NCBI GenBank assembly: GCA_034667185.1
Contig: JAXDKH010000262.1
Location: forward strand, 1-34,203
Length of the DNA: 34,203 nt
Reading direction: 5' to 3'
Source of the DNA: Chloroflexia bacterium
Lineage (GTDB): Bacteria; Chloroflexota; Chloroflexia; QHBQ01; JADMIH01
The notes under the pieces are model-generated. The model did not search any database. It was not told the DNA's origin and worked only from the letters and a program-made list of their open reading frames with translations. Each line of letters starts with the position of its first letter. Positions within the stretch are counted from its first letter, which is position 1. This document shows positions 16,319 to 24,211 of the stretch, piece after piece. A program made the position numbers and the translations under genes.

Positions 16319-17470
16319 TCATGCACCTTCCCTCCGCACCGTAGTCGCAGCCAGCACCGCCACCACAGCCGCGAACGCCAGCAGCACAGTCAGTGGCAGC
16401 CAGTTGCTCGCCAGCGTCTTCCCCCTGATCATAATGTCCGTCAGCGCATCAATCGCGTACGTCAGCGGCATCAAGCGCGCTATCCCTTGCAGCCAGCCAG
16501 GCATCTCCTGCACCGGCCACAGCAGCCCCGAAAGTAGCACCTGCGGCAGTATCACAATCGGGATGAACTGTATCGCCTGCAACTCGTTTCTCGCGAACGC
16601 CGACAGCAATATCCCCAGGTTCACCGCCCCCAGCACCAGTGCCAGCGTCACCACGAAGATCGAAATCAGGTTGCCGCTGAACTTCACCTGCAGCGCATAC
16701 ACGGTGAACAGCACCAGCACCACCGCCTGCAGCACCGAGAAGAACCCGAAGCCGAGCATATACCCCAGCACCAGTTCCAGCCGCGTCACCGGAGAGGCCG
16801 AAAGTCGCTCCATCGTGCCTTGCGTGCGCTCCCGAAGGAACGACACGCTGGTCAGCAGGAAGATCATAAAGAAGCCGATATAAGCTATGAACATCGGGGC
16901 GAAGAAATCGAGCGTCTTCAGGTCCTCGCTGCCGTACAGCCGCGTAACCTCCAGGCTCAACGGTGGCTCCGTGGGCACCGCCGAAGCGAACGCCGGGGGC
17001 ACAAGCTGCCTGAATACCACCGTCGCCTGACCCATGATCGACTGCGACACTGCCGCCAGCGCGCTACCTGCCTGTCCAGGGTTCGACCCCTCCACCGTCA
17101 CGTCAATAACAGCCTTGCGGTTTGCGGTCAACGCCTTCGAGAAGTCCGGCCCGAAGATGATAGCCACCTTTTGCGAGCCATCCCGCACCGCTTCGACAGC
17201 CGCCGCCCTCGGTAGCTCCGTCACTACCAGGTCGTTGTTGGCTTTGAGGCTGTCAATCAGCGGCGTCGCTGCACTCTCCTTCCCCGCAGCCGGGCTGTCC
17301 TCGTTCACGATCGCTACCCTGGTAATCTCGTTCTCCTGCGACCGGAACACGTACCCAAAGATTGACATGACCAATATGGGCGCGACGAACAGCAAGCCTA
17401 TGCTCCTGTGATCGTGCCTGAACTGCGAAATCACGCGTCCCGTGATCGCAAATATGCGTGCCAGGCTCAT
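16319..17470 (-). CDS. ABC-2 type exporter permease
   Basis: It starts MSLARIFAITGRVISQFRHDHRS, then a first TM, a large extracytoplasmic loop and 5 C-terminal TMs, which is typical ABC-2. ATG 17470 overlaps the ATPase stop as ATGA. The tracked 17632 start is an Arg/Gly-rich extension inside the ATPase gene. Confidence 0.88.
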   Translation of the reverse strand: MSLARIFAITGRVISQFRHDHRSIGLLFVAPILVMSIFGYVFRSQENEITRVAIVNEDSPAAGKESAATPLIDSLKANNDLVVTELPRAAAVEAVRDGSQKVAIIFGPDFSKALTANRKAVIDVTVEGSNPGQAGSALAAVSQSIMGQATVVFRQLVPPAFASAVPTEPPLSLEVTRLYGSEDLKTLDFFAPMFIAYIGFFMIFLLTSVSFLRERTQGTMERLSASPVTRLELVLGYMLGFGFFSVLQAVVLVLFTVYALQVKFSGNLISIFVVTLALVLGAVNLGILLSAFARNELQAIQFIPIVILPQVLLSGLLWPVQEMPGWLQGIARLMPLTYAIDALTDIMIRGKTLASNWLPLTVLLAFAAVVAVLAATTVRREGA

Positions 17471-18276
17471 CTTACCGCCTCCTCTGCCTGCCCTCGGACC
17501 GCCGCCTTGTCCCGGCTCGACAGCGCCAGGAACGCGTCTTCCAGGTTGTCGCTGCCGCCGAGGGCTTTCAACTCCCCAGGCGTGCCTTCCGCCAGTAAAA
17601 CGCCGTACCTTATCAGCCCCAGCCGGTCGCACCTATCCGCCTCGTCCATCACGTGGCTCGACACTACAATCGTCACGCCGCGCTCGTTCAACATCCTGAA
17701 ATAGCCCCAGAACGTCTGCCGCAGCTGCGGGTCCACTCCCACCGTCGGCTCGTCCAGCAGCACCAGCTCCGGGTTGTGCACCAGCGTGCAGGCCAGGGAT
17801 AATCGCTGCTTCATCCCCCCGCTCAGCGTGCCCACGGTAGAGCCCTTGCGCTCCAGCAACTCCACGAGTTCGAGCACCTCGCGCACTCGCCCGTGCCTTG
17901 CTTCCTTCTCCTTCAGGCCGAATATCCGCGCGAAGAACTCCACGTTCTCCCACACCGACAGGTCGTTGTACAGCGCCTGCTGCTGCGTCATATACCCCAG
18001 GTGGGGCAGCACCTTCGACGCCTCTGCGGGCACCCTATGCCCCATGACCACAAGCTCGCCCGACGTGGGCCGCACCAGCCCCGCTATCATCCTGATGAAC
18101 GTGGTCTTCCCCGACCCATTTGGCCCCAGCAGCCCGTAAGTCTCCCCGCGCCTTATCGCCACGCTAAACCCGTCCAGGGCCAGCACATCCCCGAATTTCT
18201 TCACCAGCCGACGCGCCTCCACCATCGTGACGCCCGCCGCCCCCACACCCTGCCGTTCTGCATCTAACGTAGCCAT
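17467..18276 (-). CDS. ABC transporter ATP-binding protein (DrrA/CcmA-like)
   Basis: It has GPNGSGKTT, LSGGMKQRLSLA and LLDEPTVGVD. ATG 18276 has AGGAGG 4 nt upstream. Confidence 0.9.
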   Translation of the reverse strand: MATLDAERQGVGAAGVTMVEARRLVKKFGDVLALDGFSVAIRRGETYGLLGPNGSGKTTFIRMIAGLVRPTSGELVVMGHRVPAEASKVLPHLGYMTQQQALYNDLSVWENVEFFARIFGLKEKEARHGRVREVLELVELLERKGSTVGTLSGGMKQRLSLACTLVHNPELVLLDEPTVGVDPQLRQTFWGYFRMLNERGVTIVVSSHVMDEADRCDRLGLIRYGVLLAEGTPGELKALGGSDNLEDAFLALSSRDKAAVRGQAEEAVR

Positions 18277-18303
18277 ATAACCTCCTTCGCGCCTACCATT
18301 TCC

Positions 18304-18321
18304 TGATTGATTAGTCAATCA
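18304..18321. promoter_or_regulatory. TetR-type operator copy 2 (TGATTGAttagTCAATCA)
   Basis: This inverted repeat lies between the tetR stop (18348) and the ATPase start (18276). It has the same half-site as the operator at 18996-19015. Confidence 0.5.
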
Positions 18322-18347
18322 AAAACCAGCCGAAAAAAAGATCGCTT

Positions 18348-18977
18348 CTACTCATCCGCCTCAGGTACTGCCATGCCCCGCAGGAACACGTCCAAGTGCG
18401 CCTCGATCATCGTGCGTGCGTCCAGCGTTCGAGAGTCGGGCTGCACGAACACCTCCCTGGTAATGGCGTAGGCCAGCATCGGCCCCATGAAGATGCGTAC
18501 CGCCGCGCCCGGTGGTATGCGCCGCAACGTCCCCTTGTCCATCTGGTGTTCCATGTACTGCCGCAGAAACTTGAACCCCCGCCCCGGCCCGATCTGGTTG
18601 AACAGGTCCGCGACCGCCGGGTGCTTGAACGACTCCCCCAGCAGCAGCTTGAACATCGCCACGGACGACCTGTGGCTGAACGCCGACACGAACGCCTCCG
18701 CGAACATGCGCAGCACCTCCTCAGGGGGCCTGTCCATAAATTCCTCGGCATTGGTAAGCAGTTGCAGGGGAGGGGCGCGCTGCTCCAGCACTTGCCTGAA
18801 CAGGTCCGTCTTGTCCTTGAAATAGTGGTAGATCAGCCCAGGCGATCCTATCTTGGCCGCCTCCGCTATGTCCTTGTTGGTTGCTCTCTCGAACCCTTTT
18901 GTAGAAAACACCTGCAACGCCCCATCAATAATCTGCTGGCGGCGCGTCTCAAAGTCCTGCTCATCCCGTGGCGGCAT
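18348..18977 (-). CDS. TetR/AcrR family transcriptional regulator
   Basis: The N-terminal HTH is ALQVFSTKGFERATNKDIAEAAKIGSPGLIYHYFKDK, followed by a helical ligand domain. Confidence 0.9.
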   Translation of the reverse strand: MPPRDEQDFETRRQQIIDGALQVFSTKGFERATNKDIAEAAKIGSPGLIYHYFKDKTDLFRQVLEQRAPPLQLLTNAEEFMDRPPEEVLRMFAEAFVSAFSHRSSVAMFKLLLGESFKHPAVADLFNQIGPGRGFKFLRQYMEHQMDKGTLRRIPPGAAVRIFMGPMLAYAITREVFVQPDSRTLDARTMIEAHLDVFLRGMAVPEADE

Positions 18978-18995
18978 CTAGCTCCCTCGTTCCTT

Positions 18996-19045
18996 TTGAT
19001 TGACTGGTCAATCAAGATGATACATCCGTTGCGACTACTTGTCAA
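18996..19045 (-). promoter_or_regulatory. tetR promoter (TTGACA - 17 nt - TATCAT) with overlapping palindromic operator TTGATTGAC-nn-GTCAATCAA
   Basis: The minus strand reads TTGACAagtagtcgcaacggatgTATCATcTTGATTGACcaGTCAATCAAaaggaacGAGGGAGctagATG. The 9-bp perfect arms sit at 18996-19015, in the region divergent to the ABC operon starting at 19149. Confidence 0.6.
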
Positions 19046-19148
19046 TATCCTAATGCAAACTTCCGATAGGGGAGCAGTGTGGATGGTTATCAGAATTAGA
19101 GTTACTATATAGCGGGTAGAAATATCGCGGGAAGCGTGGAGAAGCGCT

Positions 19149-20066
19149 ATGAATGCTATTGAAACGCGCGGTTTGACGCGCAAGTTTGGGGACCGGCTGG
19201 CGGTAGACCAGTTGGACCTGGCGATCCCGCGTGGACAGGTGTTCGGGTTTCTGGGGCCGAACGGCGCGGGGAAGACTACGACCGTAAGGATGCTGTCGGC
19301 CATTATCGCGCCCACCAGCGGCACCGCGACGGTCAACGGGCACATGCTCGGGGACGGGAACAGCGAGATACGACGCTCGGTGGGCATTCTAACAGAGACG
19401 CCGGGGTTGTACGAGAAGCTGACCGCCATGCAGAACCTGGAGTTCTTCGCCGGATTGTACGAGGTGGAGGAGCAGGCTGCCAAACAGGCGGCGGAGCGCT
19501 ACCTGAAGCTGATGGACCTGTGGGAACGGCGCGACGACAAGGTAGGCGGCTTTTCGAAGGGCATGAGGCAGAAGCTGGCAATAGCTCGCGCGCTACTGCA
19601 CGACCCCGCCATCGTCTTCCTGGACGAGCCAACGGCGGGCCTGGACCCGGAGGCCGCGCGCACGGTGCACGAGTTCATAAAGAACCTGCGCTCCGAGGGC
19701 CGCACTGTTTTCCTGACCACTCATAACTTATCTGAGGCTGACACGCTATGCGATCTGATTGGTGTGTTCAGGACGAGATTGCTGACGCTAGGCTCGCCAC
19801 GGGAATTGCGGAGCCGCTTGTTCGGCACGGGCACGCTAGTAACGGTAGCCGGCGAGGCAGAGAAGTGGGCGGCGCTGGTGAAGGCCCTGCCCTTCGTCAA
19901 GCAGGTGACCGCGGGCGACGGCACGCTCTCGGTGGCCCTGGACGACCCAGACAGTATGAACCCCTTGCTGGTGCAGGCGCTGGTCGGTGCAGGAGCCTTT
20001 GTGCGCTATGTGCAACCCTCGTCGCACTCGCTGGAGGAAGTGTATTTGCAATTGGTGAGTGGATAG
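19149..20066 (+). CDS. ABC transporter ATP-binding protein (ABC-2 exporter type, 305 aa)
   Basis: It has GPNGAGKTTT, FSKGMRQKLAIARAL and VFLDEPTAGLD, plus a C-terminal accessory domain. Confidence 0.9.
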   Translation: MNAIETRGLTRKFGDRLAVDQLDLAIPRGQVFGFLGPNGAGKTTTVRMLSAIIAPTSGTATVNGHMLGDGNSEIRRSVGILTETPGLYEKLTAMQNLEFFAGLYEVEEQAAKQAAERYLKLMDLWERRDDKVGGFSKGMRQKLAIARALLHDPAIVFLDEPTAGLDPEAARTVHEFIKNLRSEGRTVFLTTHNLSEADTLCDLIGVFRTRLLTLGSPRELRSRLFGTGTLVTVAGEAEKWAALVKALPFVKQVTAGDGTLSVALDDPDSMNPLLVQALVGAGAFVRYVQPSSHSLEEVYLQLVSG

Positions 20067-20070
20067 GGAA

Positions 20071-20154
20071 GGAATTTGGAAATTGGAATTTCGAATTGCG
20101 AATTTGTTTGGATGCGTTCTAAATTCGCAATTCGAAATTCCAATTTCCAAATCC
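20071..20154. repeat. AT-rich palindromic heptamer-array element, family 1, copy B (inside an operon)
   Basis: The arms are GGAATTTGGAAATTGGAATTTCGAATTGCGAATTT (20071-20105) and AAATTCGCAATTCGAAATTCCAATTTCCAAATCC (20121-20154). 28 nt pair perfectly, with a 15-nt loop. It sits between the ATPase stop (20066) and the permease start (20168). Confidence 0.9.
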
Positions 20155-20167
20155 GTCAGGGGGTATT

Positions 20168-20968
20168 GTGAACAAAATTAGGGTCATTTTGCGGAAGGAA
20201 TGGCTGGAGCTGCGGCAGGAGAAGGTGTTGCTGCTTACTACAGGGCTGCTGCCGTTGTTCTTCGCGCTTGCACCGCTGGTGTTCGCGTTTGTAATCAAAG
20301 GCGTAGACGTAAGCGACATGCAGGGCGAGATGAAGGACTTCGAGCAGTTGCTGGCGATCAACCCTGCGTTCCAGGGGATGAACATGCTGGAGTTCGGGCA
20401 GGCGGTGATCGGGCAGCAGATTAGCCTCATGTTCTTGCTATTGCCAATGATCCTACCAAGCGTAATCGCATCGTATAGCGTAGTAGGAGAGAAGAACAGC
20501 CGGACGCTGGAGCCGGTGCTGGCTACCCCCGTGACCACGCTTGAGTTCCTGCTGGCGAAGAGCATCACCGCGGTGCTGCCCAGCATGATAATGACATGGG
20601 TAGCAGGGGCGATCTTCGCGCTGGGCATGATACCGGCAGCGGTGTCGGCGCGAGCGTATGCCGCAGTCGTGTCCCCCACGTGGGTGCTGATGCTGCTCTT
20701 GTGGGCCCCGTTGCTGTCACTCATAACAGTGGGATTGACGGTGCTGATATCGTCGAAAGCCAATGATCCACGCAGCGCGCAACAAATATCCGTGGTGCTG
20801 ATACTGCCCATGATCGGCTTGATAGTCGCACAGCTAAGCGGTGTGCTGGTGCTGGGGCCGCTGGTAGTGATAGGGGGAGCAGTCGCGCTTGCGTTGGTAG
20901 CCGCCATCGTAATGAACCTGGCGGTGCAATTCTTCCAAAGGGAGTCGATCCTGACCCGGTGGAGCTAA
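20168..20968 (+). CDS. ABC-2 family transporter permease
   Basis: 266 aa with a GTG start. The N-terminus MNKIRVILRKEWLELRQEK is followed by 6 hydrophobic helices. Confidence 0.85.
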   Translation: MNKIRVILRKEWLELRQEKVLLLTTGLLPLFFALAPLVFAFVIKGVDVSDMQGEMKDFEQLLAINPAFQGMNMLEFGQAVIGQQISLMFLLLPMILPSVIASYSVVGEKNSRTLEPVLATPVTTLEFLLAKSITAVLPSMIMTWVAGAIFALGMIPAAVSARAYAAVVSPTWVLMLLLWAPLLSLITVGLTVLISSKANDPRSAQQISVVLILPMIGLIVAQLSGVLVLGPLVVIGGAVALALVAAIVMNLAVQFFQRESILTRWS

Positions 20969-20969
20969 T

Positions 20970-21012
20970 CGGACGATGGACGATCGCAGGAGGCACTATC
21001 GTCCATCGTCCG
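20970..21012 (+). terminator. Strong hairpin after the ABC operon (15-bp perfect stem); no clear U-tail
   Basis: The arms are CGGACGATGGACGAT (20970-20984) and ATCGTCCATCGTCCG (20998-21012), with a 13-nt loop. Confidence 0.45.
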
Positions 21013-21024
21013 ATTGTGAAAGCT

Positions 21025-21053
21025 TTGACAAGTGGCATGGGGCGTGCTATCAT
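21025..21053 (+). promoter_or_regulatory. Promoter TTGACA - 17 nt - TATCAT
   Basis: It has the same -35 and -10 hexamers as the tetR promoter and lies about 48 nt upstream of ATG 21102. Confidence 0.5.
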
Positions 21054-21101
21054 CCTGGTTGATGTATTGTGGGTGTGACAATTCGGCAGGAGGCGCGAGA
21101 G

Positions 21102-21539
21102 ATGCCGCTGTTTAGAAAGAAAATTGTGAGTGACGGGCAGTGGGTTGAGGTTAAGCCTGGCGACCCGGATACCAAGCACGCAATGAAGAAGGGGAAGAAG
21201 ACCAAGGTCTTCCGCGTTATCACCGTGCGTGGGAGGCAGGAGCAGGAATGGCTCGACTCGGGCATGTGGCAGCCGCTGCAGGAGACGATTATCCCGGCGG
21301 AAGCCAAGGCCCCGCAGACAGTGGTCTACTATGGCACGTACGGCTCGGACGGCATGAGGCATGACGGCGCTCCCGGTGGGGCTTATTCGTCGGTGTTTGA
21401 CCAGTATGCGATGCAGGGGCAAGACGTGTATACTCGCGACGAGGCGAGACGTTTAAAGCAGTGGGACACCCGCAAGCCGTTCCCCGGCTTCGATCCGAAA
21501 CTGGGCAGCAAGACGCTCGATATTTACTCGGAAGACTAG
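21102..21539 (+). CDS. Hypothetical soluble protein (145 aa)
   Basis: It starts MPLFRKKIVSDGQWVEVKPGD... AGGAGG lies 8 nt upstream of ATG 21102. No family was recognised. Confidence 0.6.
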   Translation: MPLFRKKIVSDGQWVEVKPGDPDTKHAMKKGKKTKVFRVITVRGRQEQEWLDSGMWQPLQETIIPAEAKAPQTVVYYGTYGSDGMRHDGAPGGAYSSVFDQYAMQGQDVYTRDEARRLKQWDTRKPFPGFDPKLGSKTLDIYSED

Positions 21540-21567
21540 TCTTGCCGCAAATTGGAAACTCAGTCAT

Positions 21568-21594
21568 GGGCGGGCCGCAAACCCGCCCTATTGT
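21568..21594 (+). terminator. Putative intrinsic terminator GGGCGGG-ccgcaaa-CCCGCCC + tattgt
   Basis: A 7-bp GC stem lies 29 nt after the stop. The tail is weak. Confidence 0.4.
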
Positions 21595-21615
21595 ATAGGT
21601 AAGAGAGGTAACAGA

Positions 21616-22977
21616 TTGACGCAGATGCATATTGGCGTGCTCGGTGGCGGGGCGCTCGGCCTCACTGCAGCGATGCGGCTGGCCCGGCGTGGCGCGAAGG
21701 TGACGCTCATTGAGAAGGAGCACGAGCTTGGCGGCCTGGCGGCGGGCTTCCCGGTGGGCGACAAGGGCACTTACCTTGAGAAGTTCTACCATCACCTGTT
21801 CCGCACCGACAAGGACATCGTCGCGCTCATCGAGGAACTGGGGCTGGGTGACAAGCTGGGATGGCACAACGTCAATACCTCCACCCTCATCAACGGCAAG
21901 AAGTGGAAGGTAACACCGAAGGACCTGCTCCTCACGTACCGCGTGATGTCTTTTCCTTCCAGGTTCCGCATGGCGGCGGCTAGCGCGTACTTGAAGTTCG
22001 AGGGCAACTACAAGCGCCTGCGCAACCAGACGGCGGCGGAGTGGATACGCAAGTGGATGGGCAAAGAGGCGTATGAGGTGCAGTGGAAGCCGCTGCTGTA
22101 CGGCAAGTTCGGCGACTACTACGACAAGATCGCGCTGCCGTGGTTCTGGTCGCGGGTGCACGAGCGAAGTTTCAGCCTCGGCTACCTGCGCGGCGGATTC
22201 CAGCAATTGTACGAACGGCTGGGGGAGGAGGTGCGTAAAGCGGGCGGGGAAATCCTGCTCGGCACGGCGGTCACAAAGATCACCCCCCTAGAAGGCGGCA
22301 AAACGAGCATAGACACTGACAACGGAGGCACGTTCGTCTTCGATGCCGTGGTGTCCACTCTGCCTACCAAGCTGTTCTTGAGGCTGGCTGAGGGCCTGCC
22401 GCAGAGCTACCGCGACAAGTACGACTGGGGCACCGCGCTGGGAGCGCATGTGATGGTGCTGGAGCTAAATCGATCGCTGCTGGGCGATGTTTACTGGCTG
22501 AACATCAATGACCTGGGCTACCCCTTTCTGGTTGCGGTGGAGCACACCAACATGATCCCGAAGGAGGAGTACGGCGGCAACGTGCTGATGTACTTGGGCA
22601 ACTACCTGCCGATGGACCACCGCTACTTCAAGCAGCCGGATGAGCAGACGCTTGCCGAGTTCCTCCCCCACCTGAAGAAGCTCAACCCCGATTTTGACGA
22701 GAGCTGGATAACCAACAGGTGGTTCTTTAAGGCCCCGTTCGCGCAGCCGGTGGTCACGCGGGAGTACGAGGAGCACATCCCGCCCCTGAAGACGCCACTG
22801 CCGAACGTGTACATGGGGAACATGTTCCAGGTGTACCCGCAGGACCGTGGGCAGAACTACAGCGTGCGCCTGGCGAACAAGCTGGCGGGGATGGTGCCCC
22901 TGGAGAAAGGTGACTCGGGTGCCGCTACGTCAGGGCCTCAGGTTGCGCAAACGTCTGCTCAGACTGGCAGCGGTTGA
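21616..22977 (+). CDS. FAD/NAD(P)-binding oxidoreductase, amine-oxidase/phytoene-desaturase superfamily
   Basis: The N-terminal Rossmann motif is IGVLGGGALGLTAAMRLARRGAKVTLIEKEHELGGLA. Length is 453 aa. The start is TTG 21616 (AGAGAGG upstream) or ATG 21625. Confidence 0.85.
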   Translation: MTQMHIGVLGGGALGLTAAMRLARRGAKVTLIEKEHELGGLAAGFPVGDKGTYLEKFYHHLFRTDKDIVALIEELGLGDKLGWHNVNTSTLINGKKWKVTPKDLLLTYRVMSFPSRFRMAAASAYLKFEGNYKRLRNQTAAEWIRKWMGKEAYEVQWKPLLYGKFGDYYDKIALPWFWSRVHERSFSLGYLRGGFQQLYERLGEEVRKAGGEILLGTAVTKITPLEGGKTSIDTDNGGTFVFDAVVSTLPTKLFLRLAEGLPQSYRDKYDWGTALGAHVMVLELNRSLLGDVYWLNINDLGYPFLVAVEHTNMIPKEEYGGNVLMYLGNYLPMDHRYFKQPDEQTLAEFLPHLKKLNPDFDESWITNRWFFKAPFAQPVVTREYEEHIPPLKTPLPNVYMGNMFQVYPQDRGQNYSVRLANKLAGMVPLEKGDSGAATSGPQVAQTSAQTGSG

Positions 22978-23006
22978 TCTTGGCTGATTACATCCTATAG
23001 ATATGC

Positions 23007-23040
23007 GGGGCATGGAATACCATGCCCCAATCTTGTTTGT
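23007..23040 (+). terminator. Intrinsic terminator GGGGCATGG-aata-CCATGCCCC + aatcttgtttgt
   Basis: A perfect 9-bp stem, a 4-nt loop and a T-rich tail lie 30 nt after the stop. Confidence 0.7.
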
Positions 23041-23206
23041 GACGCGAATTAACTGACTATTGGTGCCCAAAGTTAATTTATCTAAGTGATGTGCCATGCC
23101 CCCTCTCATGTCACAATGTAAGCAGGCAGGTGCTATGCAGCTGCCGGTGAGCTATGACTACAGGGTCCAGATGGGCCGAGTTCGCAGAGAGATAGGAGAG
23201 CACGCG

Positions 23207-23974
23207 ATGTTTTTCAAGTTCAACTTCAAGGCAAATATCAAGGCGGCGGTACTGGCTGTGGCGGTGGCTTCGGCGCTGGTGATGGGCGGAGTGGCTTTCG
23301 CGGACGGCGGCAAGGGGAGTGGTCCGGCGAAGCAGGACCAGCCCAAGTTCATGCCGTCGGAATGCAAAGAGTTCCCCGATGTACCGCAGGGCAGCCCTTA
23401 CTACTCTTACATACAATGCCTCGTATGCGCCAACGTGATCAGCGGGTACCCTGACGGCACCTTTGGGCCGAACAACCCCATCACGCGGGGGCAACTGTCG
23501 AAGCTCATTTCGAACGCTATCCCGCTGAACAACAACCCCGGCTCCCGCTTGTTCCAGGATGTACCCCTGGGGCATACTTTCTATGATTATATCCAGCGAT
23601 TGGCGCAGTTGAACATTATCAGTGGGTACGACTGCGGTGGTCCCGGGGAGCCATGCGGGCCGGAGCATTACAAGTACTTCCGTCCGGCGGCGAACGCTAC
23701 ACGCGGGCAAATAGCCAAGATCATCTCAGCTTCGCAGGGCTTCTCGGAGAATCCTAGCTCGCAGACTTTCGAGGACATGCCAGAGGGGTCGCCGTTCTAT
23801 GCGGAGGCTTACAGGCTGGCGATACGCGGCACAATCAGTGGGTATCCCTGTGGTGGGCCGGGTGAACCCTGCGGCGATGGCAACCTGAAGTACTTCCGGC
23901 CCAATGCCAATGCCACGCGTGGGCAGGTGTCTAAGATGGTGGCGCTCACCTACATGAGTTGCGAGACGAACTAG
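23207..23974 (+). CDS. Secreted S-layer-homology (SLH) repeat protein, three SLH units only
   Basis: The signal peptide is MFFKFNFKANIKAAVLAVAVASALVMGGVAFA, and AGGAG lies 8 nt upstream of ATG 23207. The three repeats are FPDVPQGSPYYSYI...ISGYPDGTFGPNNPITRGQ, FQDVPLGHTFYDYI...ISGYDCGGPGEPCGPEHYKYFRPAANATRGQ and FEDMPEGSPFYAEA...ISGYPCGGPGEPCGDGNLKYFRPNANATRGQ. Confidence 0.85.
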   Translation: MFFKFNFKANIKAAVLAVAVASALVMGGVAFADGGKGSGPAKQDQPKFMPSECKEFPDVPQGSPYYSYIQCLVCANVISGYPDGTFGPNNPITRGQLSKLISNAIPLNNNPGSRLFQDVPLGHTFYDYIQRLAQLNIISGYDCGGPGEPCGPEHYKYFRPAANATRGQIAKIISASQGFSENPSSQTFEDMPEGSPFYAEAYRLAIRGTISGYPCGGPGEPCGDGNLKYFRPNANATRGQVSKMVALTYMSCETN

Positions 23975-24011
23975 CTTAGGCGAGACTGACATGAGGGCGA
24001 AGTTGGTGTGT

Positions 24012-24045
24012 AGGGGCACGATGCATCGTGCCCCTGTTGCTTTTG
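24012..24045 (+). terminator. Intrinsic terminator AGGGGCACG-atgcat-CGTGCCCCT + gttgcttttg
   Basis: A 9-bp stem plus a T-rich tail lie 38 nt after the SLH stop. Confidence 0.7.
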
Positions 24046-24211
24046 CCTGCAGTGTACATGGGTCTGGGCTGGTTCTCCACCCTGTTACCCACAACATTGA
24101 CTCTCACCCCAACTACCTTTACCATACCTTCATAGCGGCCTGAAACATGCTAAACAAAACCGATAGCATAATTACACACCGACAACAAATACCAGGAACA
24201 ACAAGCCCACT

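Noticed and set aside
15616-16883. Plus-strand ORFs 15616..16344 and 16221..16883
   Set aside because: They are antisense to the ferritin-like gene and the ABC-2 permease, and they read through repeat copy A (NLGIGISD peptide).
18396-19483. ORFs 18396..19112 (+) and 18866..19483 (-)
   Set aside because: They are shadows of the TetR and ABC ATPase genes, and they cross the promoter/operator region.
20119-22206. Minus-strand ORFs 20119..20907, 20721..21422 and 21289..22206
   Set aside because: They are antisense to the ABC-2 permease, the hypothetical gene and the FAD oxidoreductase. They have low complexity and no SD.
23046-23077. Inverted repeat AATTAACT...AGTTAATT upstream of the SLH gene
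   Set aside because: It has only 8-bp AT-only arms with a 16-nt spacer. It could be an operator but is indistinguishable from chance in an AT-rich promoter region.
24046-24211. Mg2+ or other riboswitch upstream of the CNNM/CorC gene
   Set aside because: The leader is C/A-rich, lacks obvious conserved helices, and is shorter and less structured than an M-box. Only a weak TTGACT-17-TACCAT promoter (24097-24125) could be read.
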